Assembly (NCBI GenBank): GCA_963990035.1
Contig: CAXDMJ010000004.1
Span: 879 to 64,878 of the forward strand
Origin: an uncultured Candidatus Poseidoniales archaeon
Lineage (GTDB): Archaea > Thermoplasmatota > Poseidoniia > Poseidoniales > Thalassarchaeaceae
DNA length: 64,000 nt
Reading direction: 5' to 3'
Position 1 is the stretch's first letter. Every line of letters begins with the position of its first letter. Position numbers and translations under genes: made by a program. Positions 1 through 8,833 of the stretch are shown piece after piece. Under the pieces are notes generated by a model. The model saw nothing but the letters and a program-made list of their open reading frames with translations, ran no database searches and was not told the origin of the DNA.

Positions 1-271
1 CCCCTGATAAGTAAGATGCCACTAAATGATCAAATATCATATGGTCTGGTATTTCGTTACAATTTATCTTAACTTCTCTTTGTTTAACTAATGAAGAAGC
101 ATCGGCTATGACTCTCAATGTCCCCGAAGGACGCCATTCAATCCTTACTTCATCTCTCGCTTCTAAACCATGTTGAGTGACCCAACTCTTTGGAAGACTG
201 ACTATGTAAGTTGAACCACCGGTCAATTGTATCTTTCTGACTTCTGATTTCGCTCCGCTCTCAGAGTTCAT
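1..271 (-). CDS. Phosphate-uptake regulator, AbrB/SpoVT domain + PhoU family. Only the 5' part is present; the gene runs off the left edge.
   Basis: Not in the ORF track because it is open at the window edge. My minus-strand translation from the ATG at 271-269 reads MNSESGAKSEVRKIQLTGGSTYIVSLPKSWVTQHGLEARDEVRIEWRPSGTLRVIADASS... The motif LTGGSTYIVSLPKSW is the AbrB/SpoVT-type N-terminus seen in archaeal PhoU-type regulators. The gene is divergent to a PiT gene. Confidence 0.6.
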   Translation of the reverse strand, partial: MNSESGAKSEVRKIQLTGGSTYIVSLPKSWVTQHGLEARDEVRIEWRPSGTLRVIADASSLVKQREVKINCNEIPDHMIFDHLVASYLSG

Positions 272-293
272 GTTTATGCGAAGAGGACATTAG

Positions 294-380
294 ATATATA
301 ATTATATATAAGACTCAGTGCAACGTTTATAAAAAAACTATATAGATTCTATATTTCAAAATTGATATACTGAATATACT
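294..380. promoter_or_regulatory. Divergent promoter/operator region between the PhoU-like regulator and the PiT gene
   Basis: Perfect 16-bp palindrome ATATATAATTATATAT (294-309). A 15-bp palindrome ATATAGA-T-TCTATAT (340-354). Direct repeat ATATACT at 365-371 and 374-380, just upstream of the ATG at 393. No function is demonstrated; these could simply be TATA-like AT-rich sequence. Confidence 0.25.
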
Positions 381-392
381 TCGTATTAGCAT

Positions 393-2522
393 ATGGAACC
401 GATTATGACAGTTGTGTTAATGCTCGCCATTATTGTTTGTGCCTACATGGCATGGAATATTGGAGCCAATGATGTTGCTAACGCAATGGGGACTTCAGTA
501 GGGTCTCGTGCACTTACATTAAAGCAAGCTGTAGTAATAGCTGCTGTATTCGAATTTTGTGGAGCATTCTTTGCAGGAGATGCGGTGACTGACACGGTAA
601 GGAAAGGAATTCTAAATATTGATCTTGCAGATGAGAGCTTAGTTACGGACGCTTTTGCTAATGATTTAATGTTTGGATTTATAGCAGCAATGATGGCAGC
701 TGCAGTTTGGTTAACTATAGCAACACGTTTCGGCTTACCTGTTTCAACTACTCACTCAATAATCGGAGGGATTGTCGGAGTAGGATTAGTATTGGAAGTT
801 CAACATAACGCTTCATTAATTGATTGGGAAGTTGTTAGTAAAGTAGTCCTGTCATGGATTGCAAGCCCCTTAATGGGAGGAATTCTCGCATTCATAACCT
901 TCTTCATAGTACGTATGACCATATTAGAAGCAGATGACCCTATTGCGAGATCGCGGTGGTTGGCACCTATACTAGCATTACCTACATTTTTCACATTAGG
1001 CCTTGCATTGCAGTTTAAGGCACTCAAAGGATTCATTGCTAAAGCAGAATCAAATGGATGGATTGAAGATAAGTATGATTGGTTGCCTGTGAAAGAAAAT
1101 GGCGTATTCAATCCAATGGCAGATAATGCATGGTTTCCAATTAATTCATTAATTGTCGCATTTATCATTGGGAGTATTGCATCATTAATACTGGCAATAG
1201 TATTAAGAAACTATGAATTTAAAAAACAGGGAGAGGGATTTCAAGGTGTTGAGAAAATATTTGTTTGGTTACAAATAATTACAGCAGCTTATGTCGCGTT
1301 CGCTCACGGAGCTAATGATAGGTCGAATGCAATCGGCCCTATGGCAGCTGTATATGACATTCTGACTAATGGAGGGGACTTAGCTGCGAAAGTAGATGTT
1401 CCCCTTTGGCTAGTCCTTCTAGGATCAGCAGGTATTGCAATCGGTGTTATGACATGGGGTTGGAGAGTCATGGAAACAATTGGGACAAAAATTACAGACA
1501 TCACACCGACTAGAGGGTTTGCAGCAGAATTTGGTGCGGCAACTACTATCCTTCTGTTCTCAATGCCTTTCTTAGCAGTACCAGTCTCAACTACTCATAC
1601 ATTAGTTGGTGCAGTAGTAGGAGTTGGTTTAGCAGGTGGTGCGAAGAATGTAGACTTCAGAGTATTCGGGAAGATTGCTGCATCTTGGGTAGCAAGTCTC
1701 CCAGCAGCAGGATTTGGTGCAGTGACACTTTATGTTGCGATGGGTTCAGACCCCATCAAATTGATAGTAGTTTTACCGATATCTTTCTTAATAGTTGGGT
1801 ATATTATTTGGAAAACAAATGGAGAAGAAATATTCGTAGAAGATGCCTTAGCAGATGCTAGTGGTAGTAGTGGAAAATATGACCCTACAGTTTTCGAATT
1901 GTTCCATACCCATGCAGTAGCTGTAGAAGATACCGTTAACCACATGCTATCTGCAGTCAAGAAATCTACAAATGGGGAAAGTGCGGAAAAAGAAATTAAG
2001 GCAACTATTGAAGCAGAATTAAAAGCAGATGAGATTAAAAATTCACTCCGAGAAAAAGTAAGTAGTAAAGGATGGAAATTACTGATAGATAGTGATGAAT
2101 TTTTATATATGCTTGGAAGACAAGATAGAATTGCAGATTATGCACAGAATGTAGCAGAACAATTATCTTTTAGACCACTATATGATAATCGACAAGCTAG
2201 AGAGATGGTAGTTGAAATGGCAGAAGCAGTACAAAAAACTGCAGCGATCTATGAAGATACAGTATTGCATCTACGAGATTTGACTCTTTCAGGATATACG
2301 AAGAAAGGTAGAACCGAGTTAAGGGACCTAATCTATGAAGTAAATCTTGCAGAGCATAAAGCAGACTTAGTTGAAAGTCGAGCTGCGGGATTTGTATTCA
2401 GAGAAGGTACTGATGACCCATTAGCAGCTGTGCACATGTATAGAGTACTACAGAGACTTGATGATGTTGCAAATGCGTGTGAAGATGCTGCAAATGCATT
2501 CTTGCCAATAGTCTACAATTAA
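393..2522 (+). CDS. pit: PiT-family inorganic phosphate transporter fused to a C-terminal DUF47 (PhoU-like) cytosolic domain
   Basis: Two PHO4 signatures, GANDVANAMGTSVGS and GANDRSNAIGPMAAV, with many TM segments. The last ~230 aa (about 1830-2519) are soluble and helical, with DUF47-like features (..EAELKADEIKNSLREKV.., ..LGRQDRIADYAQNVAEQL.., ..NLAEHKADLVES.., ..LDDVANACEDAAN..). Confidence 0.8.
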   Translation: MEPIMTVVLMLAIIVCAYMAWNIGANDVANAMGTSVGSRALTLKQAVVIAAVFEFCGAFFAGDAVTDTVRKGILNIDLADESLVTDAFANDLMFGFIAAMMAAAVWLTIATRFGLPVSTTHSIIGGIVGVGLVLEVQHNASLIDWEVVSKVVLSWIASPLMGGILAFITFFIVRMTILEADDPIARSRWLAPILALPTFFTLGLALQFKALKGFIAKAESNGWIEDKYDWLPVKENGVFNPMADNAWFPINSLIVAFIIGSIASLILAIVLRNYEFKKQGEGFQGVEKIFVWLQIITAAYVAFAHGANDRSNAIGPMAAVYDILTNGGDLAAKVDVPLWLVLLGSAGIAIGVMTWGWRVMETIGTKITDITPTRGFAAEFGAATTILLFSMPFLAVPVSTTHTLVGAVVGVGLAGGAKNVDFRVFGKIAASWVASLPAAGFGAVTLYVAMGSDPIKLIVVLPISFLIVGYIIWKTNGEEIFVEDALADASGSSGKYDPTVFELFHTHAVAVEDTVNHMLSAVKKSTNGESAEKEIKATIEAELKADEIKNSLREKVSSKGWKLLIDSDEFLYMLGRQDRIADYAQNVAEQLSFRPLYDNRQAREMVVEMAEAVQKTAAIYEDTVLHLRDLTLSGYTKKGRTELRDLIYEVNLAEHKADLVESRAAGFVFREGTDDPLAAVHMYRVLQRLDDVANACEDAANAFLPIVYN

Positions 2523-3313
2523 TTGGACCAACCGACTTCTTCTATGAGGTTCTCCGCACCCTTGGATTCTATCATTGCTAAAGTTGGTTCATAGACTTTC
2601 CATGCAAGATATCCAACTAGCATACCAGAAAATAAGTCAAACATATAATGCTGCTTTGTGGTGAGTATACTAATGCATAGCAGTACCCATTCAACCCATA
2701 AAATAACTAAGAAATAATTAGACCATTGTGTTTCAGAATAATTATTCCTAAGCCAATGAGTCATTAATCTAGCAAGACAATATGAATGAACAATATGCAG
2801 ACTTGGCCATGCGTTCCAAGGTTTATCTGATGTATGTATAAACTTGAAAAGAAGTGTTTCAATGCCATTCATAGAGTCCCAATCTATGACATCTCTCATC
2901 CCTGAATCTATTTCAGCAGGGAATAAAAGAAAAAAGATTACACAAAAAAGAGTCGCAAGTATTAGCATCTGCATAGCAGAGATTAGTTCCAATCGACCTT
3001 TGTCATTCCTTGGTGCCAAAAACAAAGTAAGGGGGTAAAAAAGATACAATGCAGCATACGGAATAATCATCCAATTAATTACTGGTATTGAACTATCATA
3101 GGAGTTCTCAGGAAATACCGCGAAGGCATCCTCGAGATAAAAACTTGCATAATTATTTGAACCAAAATAAGGTACAGCAATAAAAATTATGCCGAATAAG
3201 AATACTTCAAAAGGAAATAATCGACCACTAAACATTTCACGTCTATTCCAAGTATTACCCCAAAATCTTTTCCAAGGATACGTTAATTTAGATAACTTCG
3301 ACATATCAACCAT
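2519..3313 (-). CDS. PAP2-superfamily integral membrane protein (PAP2_3/AUR1-like phosphatase or phosphotransferase)
   Basis: Polytopic membrane protein. Motifs WPSLHIVHS and TTKQHYMFDLFSG resemble the PSxH and HYxxD motifs of the PAP2_3 / sphingolipid-synthase-like branch. Confidence 0.45.
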   Translation of the reverse strand: MVDMSKLSKLTYPWKRFWGNTWNRREMFSGRLFPFEVFLFGIIFIAVPYFGSNNYASFYLEDAFAVFPENSYDSSIPVINWMIIPYAALYLFYPLTLFLAPRNDKGRLELISAMQMLILATLFCVIFFLLFPAEIDSGMRDVIDWDSMNGIETLLFKFIHTSDKPWNAWPSLHIVHSYCLARLMTHWLRNNYSETQWSNYFLVILWVEWVLLCISILTTKQHYMFDLFSGMLVGYLAWKVYEPTLAMIESKGAENLIEEVGWSN

Positions 3314-3361
3314 AAGTATTCCAGAAAATACACTATATTTGATGTTAATTGATTATTTTTG

Positions 3362-3973
3362 TTAAATATTACTTTCTAAATATACTATGCGGTCAGCCAT
3401 TTGATTAGCAATGATTGGATCATGAGTTACATAGATTGCAGGAATTGATAAAGATTTAATCATTTTTCTAACTTCTAATGATAATGATTCTTTGATGCCT
3501 GCATCGAGACTAGATAATGGTTCATCTAATAATATCATTTTAGGTTCTGCAATTAAAGACCGTGCTAAAGCAACTCTTTGTGATTCACCACCAGAAAGAT
3601 GTTGTATCTTACGTGGTCCAAAATTTTTCAACCCTACTAACTCAAGAATTTCAGATATACGAGTAATTGAAGAATTAGGCGGAAGACCGAATTTTAAATT
3701 ATCATGAACATTAAGATGGGGGAATAATGCAAGGTTTTGAAAAACCATCCCAATACCTCTCTTTTCAGGAGGAATTTCTTCTAAGTCTATACCATTAAAA
3801 AAAACTTTTCCAGAATCAGAATTTTCCAAACCACAGATGATTCTCAAAAGAGTTGATTTACCGGAGCCAGATGGTCCTAGTAGAGCTACTATCTCATCAC
3901 TACCTACTTCTAAATTAAAATTAGATAGAACTTCATTTTCATAAGATTTAGATATACTTTCACAAACGAGCAT
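3362..3973 (-). CDS. thiQ: ABC transporter ATP-binding protein, short ThiQ-like form
   Basis: Walker A GPSGSGKST, signature LSGGESQRVALAR, Walker B ILLDEPLS. No C-terminal regulatory domain, as in ThiQ. The ATG at 3973-3971 overlaps the upstream permease stop by 1 nt (TGATG). The track ORF starts 3 nt earlier at a TTG. Confidence 0.75.
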   Translation of the reverse strand: MLVCESISKSYENEVLSNFNLEVGSDEIVALLGPSGSGKSTLLRIICGLENSDSGKVFFNGIDLEEIPPEKRGIGMVFQNLALFPHLNVHDNLKFGLPPNSSITRISEILELVGLKNFGPRKIQHLSGGESQRVALARSLIAEPKMILLDEPLSSLDAGIKESLSLEVRKMIKSLSIPAIYVTHDPIIANQMADRIVYLESNI

Positions 3974-5631
3974 CAAAACTCACCTCCACTACCTATTGGT
4001 CGGAATCGCTCAACACTCATGAATAAAACTAATGTAATCAATAATAGAATAGTTCCAGCAGCATTGGCAGCAGGTCTCAGAATAGGATCATATCCTGGAC
4101 GACTTAGTAAATCTCCAATCATGACGGGAAGTGTAGTAAATTCAGTGAATCTCAAAACAACCCAAGAAGCGCCGAATTCACCTAGAGATATTGCAAAAAC
4201 AAGACTTGATGCAACTATCAAAGAAGGAGTTAATAATGATAATCTAATAAATATTAGACGTTTGAAATAGTTCGCACCTAGTAATGCTGCTGCCTCCTCA
4301 AGATTAGGATTGAGATTCCTCATGGCGGGTAAAAGGACTCTGACTACGAATGGAGTTGTTAACATTAAATGGCCATAAAGGGGAATCCACCAACTACGAG
4401 CTAACTCAGGATCTGTCCTTATTAGACCTAATAATACACCAAGACCTACCATAACTGCAGACAATGCTAGAGGCATCATAACTAGAACATCCAAAGCCAA
4501 CGCTAATCTGGGATTCTTTTTTTCTAAGTTGTATATACTATCTGAAAGAAAATAACCAATAGGAAGAGACAATAATATAGTCATAAATGCATATCCTATA
4601 GATGAAAATAATGATTGAGAAACATCAGTAGGTGAATGACTACCCCCAAATGCAGATTTCCAACCTTGGAAAGAGAAAACCATCATATCATTTTCTCTTA
4701 TCATAAATGAAGAAGAAACTAATGCTAACATAGGAGAAATAATGAATACTAGCATTACTAACAAATAAATTCCTCGCATAGAATTGAATGACATAGGAAT
4801 ACGACCATCATTCAGAGTTGATAGATGATGACCTGATGATCGCGATTGTAACCATGATGAAAGCAATAAAGCAATAATTATTGTAATTAGTTGGATAGTC
4901 GAGGACGCTAAAACTATTTCAGAAGGAGCGCGACTTAGAGAAGGGACTGACAAACCAGCCCATTCTGCTTGGTTTGACATCACTACCTCTAAATTCCTTT
5001 GAGAGGGTGTAATGAATTTAACTAAAGCAAATGATGTAAAAGAAAATACAAACACTAGAGCGGCAGAAGCAGCAATATTAGGCCACATTAGAGGTAACCA
5101 GAATTTACTTAATCTGCCAATATTTGTATTTCCAGACGGCAATAATCTACATGCTTCTTCATATGATGAATCAATAGTTGAGAGAAGAGGTTCACAGAAT
5201 CTTATCACCAGAGCCAAATTAAACCAAGCGTGAGCGAATAATAATGAATAGAACCTAATTTCAGAGGAATGGTTATGCTCTAATATTATACTTATCCAAT
5301 CTAAAAGTGCGAGAAAACCCATGGCGACTAAAATAGATGGCATTACAAATGGCACAGTAAATATACTACGTAGAATATTATGATGTGGCCAATTATATCT
5401 CCCAAGATTCCAGGCGAGAGGTAGACCGATAATCAGAGTTAAAATTGTAGATAAAGATGCAACTAAAAATGTAAATGAAATTGAATCCTTCGTCTGGAAT
5501 TTATAATTAAAATCAGCAATAGTCTGAAGTATATTTCTTTCAGCTATAGATTCAAGTTGATTCCAAGCAAGTATTAGAGGAGCGATAACTAGAATCGCCC
5601 ACGATAATATAATTGCATAACGAATTTTCAT
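3973..5631 (-). CDS. thiP: ABC transporter permease with duplicated permease domain (ThiP/FbpB architecture)
   Basis: 552 aa, ~12 TM segments, apparently two tandem binding-protein-dependent permease modules. It sits in an operon with the SBP and ATPase, downstream of a TPP riboswitch. Confidence 0.7.
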   Translation of the reverse strand: MKIRYAIILSWAILVIAPLILAWNQLESIAERNILQTIADFNYKFQTKDSISFTFLVASLSTILTLIIGLPLAWNLGRYNWPHHNILRSIFTVPFVMPSILVAMGFLALLDWISIILEHNHSSEIRFYSLLFAHAWFNLALVIRFCEPLLSTIDSSYEEACRLLPSGNTNIGRLSKFWLPLMWPNIAASAALVFVFSFTSFALVKFITPSQRNLEVVMSNQAEWAGLSVPSLSRAPSEIVLASSTIQLITIIIALLLSSWLQSRSSGHHLSTLNDGRIPMSFNSMRGIYLLVMLVFIISPMLALVSSSFMIRENDMMVFSFQGWKSAFGGSHSPTDVSQSLFSSIGYAFMTILLSLPIGYFLSDSIYNLEKKNPRLALALDVLVMMPLALSAVMVGLGVLLGLIRTDPELARSWWIPLYGHLMLTTPFVVRVLLPAMRNLNPNLEEAAALLGANYFKRLIFIRLSLLTPSLIVASSLVFAISLGEFGASWVVLRFTEFTTLPVMIGDLLSRPGYDPILRPAANAAGTILLLITLVLFMSVERFRPIGSGGEF

Positions 5632-5640
5632 AAGACCGTC

Positions 5641-6726
5641 TCAAGCCATAGCTGTATCCCATTCATCGAGCCATATAGAAATATTATCATCTATGTCCAA
5701 AATATCGATATCACAATCAACTGGAACCAGAGAGTGCCAACGATATCCTGAATCTTCAATAATATCTCCTCCTTTTATGGCAGGATACATCCAGTTAATT
5801 GTTGACATTTGAGAATTGATTTCACTAGAAACTAGCCAATCAACAAAAATATTTGCAGATACGGATTTATCTGAACCTGATAGAAAAGAAATATACTCTA
5901 TCTGAGAAAATGATGCATTATCAATATCTAACGCTACAGATGTAGTCGAATTACCTCCGTAATAGGCTTCAACTCCTGGAGAATGGCAATAAGAAACTAC
6001 AGCATGTGCGTCTCCTATGAAGCCATCACCCCATTGTCCATATCCTCCAGAATAATGAGATTCATAGGCAGTAGTCCAACCATCAGTAATTAGAATGTTA
6101 TTTGCCCTCATAGATTGCCACCAATCTTTATGATCAGTTAAGTTATCTTCATCATTAGAAAAATAGTCAACGGTGGCTAAGAAAAAAGATCTACCGGTAC
6201 TACTTGTACGAGGGTTTTGAACTACTAATTTCCCATCCCAAGTTGAATCAGTAAAATCCCATAATGAAGTAGGAATAGTGATATTTCCACCATCCACATA
6301 AGTTGAATCATAATTAATACAGACGCTCGCTAAATCAAAAGGAATGGCTAAATCACCATCATAAGATGATAATGCGCGGGAAGAGAAAATTGAACGATCA
6401 GTATTCAATGGTTGGAATATATTAGCAGATAATGCTGTGCCGAGATAAGAATTATCTATCCCAATCGATAAATCAAAAAGGCCTGTATCTTTAGTTTGAA
6501 TAGCAGTAGAAAGGACACCACCTGAATTCCCTGCTCTAGTGATTTCTACATCAATACCTGTTTCATTAGTAAATTGGTCAAGAAGTTCTTGAGACATGCC
6601 AAATGCATCATAAGAAACAATACTTAATTTCTTATCATCATCATAAGAATTTTCGTCACCTAAACATCCTGTAAATATAGAACATATCATTATTAGGCAT
6701 ATTAGAAATACTTTATTTTTATACAT
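5641..6726 (-). CDS. thiB: Substrate-binding lipoprotein of the ABC importer (thiamine/TPP-binding ThiB-like, inferred from the riboswitch)
   Basis: N-terminal signal with lipobox-like ...CSIFTGC|LGDEN. Size (361 aa) and operon position fit an SBP. It lies immediately downstream of the TPP riboswitch. Confidence 0.65.
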   Translation of the reverse strand: MYKNKVFLICLIMICSIFTGCLGDENSYDDDKKLSIVSYDAFGMSQELLDQFTNETGIDVEITRAGNSGGVLSTAIQTKDTGLFDLSIGIDNSYLGTALSANIFQPLNTDRSIFSSRALSSYDGDLAIPFDLASVCINYDSTYVDGGNITIPTSLWDFTDSTWDGKLVVQNPRTSSTGRSFFLATVDYFSNDEDNLTDHKDWWQSMRANNILITDGWTTAYESHYSGGYGQWGDGFIGDAHAVVSYCHSPGVEAYYGGNSTTSVALDIDNASFSQIEYISFLSGSDKSVSANIFVDWLVSSEINSQMSTINWMYPAIKGGDIIEDSGYRWHSLVPVDCDIDILDIDDNISIWLDEWDTAMA

Positions 6727-6730
6727 TTTT

Positions 6731-6822
6731 TATTCCTCCGCTGGCATTACCCAGATCAGGTCTATGGGTCGTTACTTTCGTAACCTCTCAGCTAGAGCTC
6801 CCCAACTCCAAGGATGAGGAGA
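6731..6822 (-). promoter_or_regulatory. TPP (THI-box) riboswitch in the 5' leader of the thiB-like gene
   Basis: Minus-strand RNA: UCCUCAUCCUUGGAGUUGGGGAGCUCUAGCUGAGAGGUUACGAAAGUAACGACCCAUAGACCUGAUCUGGGUAAUGCCAGCGGAGGAAUAAAAAAUG. It contains the conserved GGGG...CUGAGA...ACCC and CCUGAUCUGG-UAAUGCCAGCG cores. The 3' GGAGGA doubles as a Shine-Dalgarno-like sequence 8 nt before the AUG and can pair with the 5' UCCUC (P1). Confidence 0.85.
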
Positions 6823-6842
6823 ATAGTATTCAACATTTCGGA

Positions 6843-8462
6843 TTATTCATCGGATTTCATGAAAGGATAATCCCATTCCTGTGGTATATCTAGAGTTCTC
6901 TTTACTGACCGAGGGCTAATCCATCGTAGTAAATTAAGAGGGCCACCGGCCTTATCATTAGTACCACTAGCTCTAGCGCCACCGAATGGCTGCTGGGCAA
7001 CAACTGCACCTGTTGGTTTATCATTAATGTAGAAATTTCCTGCTGTGAACCTAAGTGCTTTGAATGCTTTTTGAACATCAGACTCTTCATTGGCAAAAAT
7101 AGATCCTGTAAGTGCATAAGGAGATGATTTATCGCAAATTTCAAGAACCTCATCAAACTTATCATCATCATACACATAAACAGTCAATACTGGACCAAAA
7201 ATCTCATCAACCATAGTTTCAGAATGAGGGTCTTTAGTTACGATAATAGTTGGTTCAATAAACCAGCCAACTGAATTATCATAATTACCTCCAACAATAA
7301 TTTCACATGATTCATTAATCTTAGCCCTATCAATATATCCTGTGATCTTATCGAATGATCTGTCATCAATTACTGCAGTCATAAAATTAGTGAAATCTAT
7401 GGCATCACCCATCTTTATGTTTCTAATCTCGGTGCATAAATCCTCGGATATAATATCCCAGACTGACTTGGGAACGTAAGCACGACTTGCAGCAGAACAT
7501 TTCTGACCTTGATATTCGAATGAACCTCTAAGTAATGCTACTAGTAAACCCCTATGGTTACAATTAGGATGCGCAACAACAAAATCTTTACCACCTGTTT
7601 CACCTACAATTCGAGGATAAGAACGAAGATTTGGTAGAGCAAGACCAATTTCCTGCCATAGGCCTTGGAAAGTCGCAGTTGACCCTGTGAAGTGTAAACC
7701 AGCAAAATCAGGATTTGATAGAGCTACTTCTGTAATCTCAGCACCTGAACCTGGGAGGAAATTTATTACTCCGTCGGGTAATCCAGCTTCCATCATTAAC
7801 TGCATTAAAATATAATTTGAATAATATGAATTCCGACTTGGCTTCCAAATAGATGTACATCCTACTATCGCAGGTGCACTTGGAAGATTCGCAGCAATAC
7901 TAGTGAAATTAAATGGAGTAATCGAAAGAACAAAACCTTCCAATGGTCTTATCTCGGTAGAATTTATAACACCAGGAGGAGATACTAATGGCTGTAATTC
8001 ATCATGAAAACCACGTGCATAATGGCAGTTAAAACGCCAAAAATCAATCAACTCACATGCTGCATCAATCTCGGCTTGAAATACAGTCTTAGATTGATTG
8101 AGCATAGTTGAAGCATTGACTTTCATTCTCCAATCACCAGCTAATAGATCGGCGCATCTTTCAAAAATAGCGCATCTTTCTTCTAGACCAATCTCTATCC
8201 ATGATTCCTGAGCATCAACTGCAGATTTACAAGCAGCATCCATTTCTTCCTTACCTGCCAGATGAACTCTAGCGATAATATGATTATGTTTATGAGGAAT
8301 TACTTGGTTAACAGTATTATTAGTAAATACTTCTTTACCATTAATAATGCATGGTATTTCAAGTACCTGATTCATTTGTCTATCAAGCTCTATCTGAATA
8401 TCAATTCTCTCTTGACTACCTCGAGCATATGCTAGAATTGGTTCATTAACGGGATGTCCCAT
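6843..8462 (-). CDS. pruA: 1-pyrroline-5-carboxylate (L-glutamate gamma-semialdehyde) dehydrogenase, ALDH family
   Basis: 539 aa ALDH with FTGSTATFQ, catalytic Glu in GETGGKDF and Cys in GQKCSAASR. Length and motifs resemble the ALDH4/PruA class. Confidence 0.7.
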   Translation of the reverse strand: MGHPVNEPILAYARGSQERIDIQIELDRQMNQVLEIPCIINGKEVFTNNTVNQVIPHKHNHIIARVHLAGKEEMDAACKSAVDAQESWIEIGLEERCAIFERCADLLAGDWRMKVNASTMLNQSKTVFQAEIDAACELIDFWRFNCHYARGFHDELQPLVSPPGVINSTEIRPLEGFVLSITPFNFTSIAANLPSAPAIVGCTSIWKPSRNSYYSNYILMQLMMEAGLPDGVINFLPGSGAEITEVALSNPDFAGLHFTGSTATFQGLWQEIGLALPNLRSYPRIVGETGGKDFVVAHPNCNHRGLLVALLRGSFEYQGQKCSAASRAYVPKSVWDIISEDLCTEIRNIKMGDAIDFTNFMTAVIDDRSFDKITGYIDRAKINESCEIIVGGNYDNSVGWFIEPTIIVTKDPHSETMVDEIFGPVLTVYVYDDDKFDEVLEICDKSSPYALTGSIFANEESDVQKAFKALRFTAGNFYINDKPTGAVVAQQPFGGARASGTNDKAGGPLNLLRWISPRSVKRTLDIPQEWDYPFMKSDE

Positions 8463-8521
8463 GTTATGTCGCTATTAGATAATGCATTTCATCATTACTA
8501 ATAAGAAAACTGAAAGATTAC

Positions 8522-8809
8522 TCAACCCCATTCACTAGGGTCATCTTTCTTGGCCTTTTTCCATTCTTTATAGCATGACTTGCAAACAGTTACTCGTCTT
8601 GAGTTCCCGAGTAAACCATCTTCACCCCAAACATCTGCTGCTCTATCAAAAGCTAACTTACGACCACCTATTTTCTTATCAGCCCAATTCTCACAATCAG
8701 CTACATCGCAACGAATCTCACCAGAATACTCTTCTTTGACTTTGTTCGAAGGACCTTTTGCATCGGAAGCTACTTTCTGCTTCTTTTTAGCTCTGGATTT
8801 GAACCCCAT
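8522..8809 (-). CDS. Small basic 4-Cys (zinc-ribbon-like) protein, function unknown
   Basis: 95 aa with a Lys-rich N-terminus (KSRAKKKQK). Cysteine pairs CDVADC and CKSC, and a basic C-terminus (KEWKKAKKD). Compact spacing to the flanking genes on the same strand. Confidence 0.5.
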   Translation of the reverse strand: MGFKSRAKKKQKVASDAKGPSNKVKEEYSGEIRCDVADCENWADKKIGGRKLAFDRAADVWGEDGLLGNSRRVTVCKSCYKEWKKAKKDDPSEWG

Positions 8810-8833
8810 GGACCCTCGGAAATGACCTTTGAA

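Noticed and set aside
800-1960. Three minus-strand ORFs (800-1168, 1304-1504, 1730-1960)
   Set aside because: All are antisense to the PiT transporter gene. The same reasoning applies to the other short antisense ORFs the track lists inside well-supported genes.
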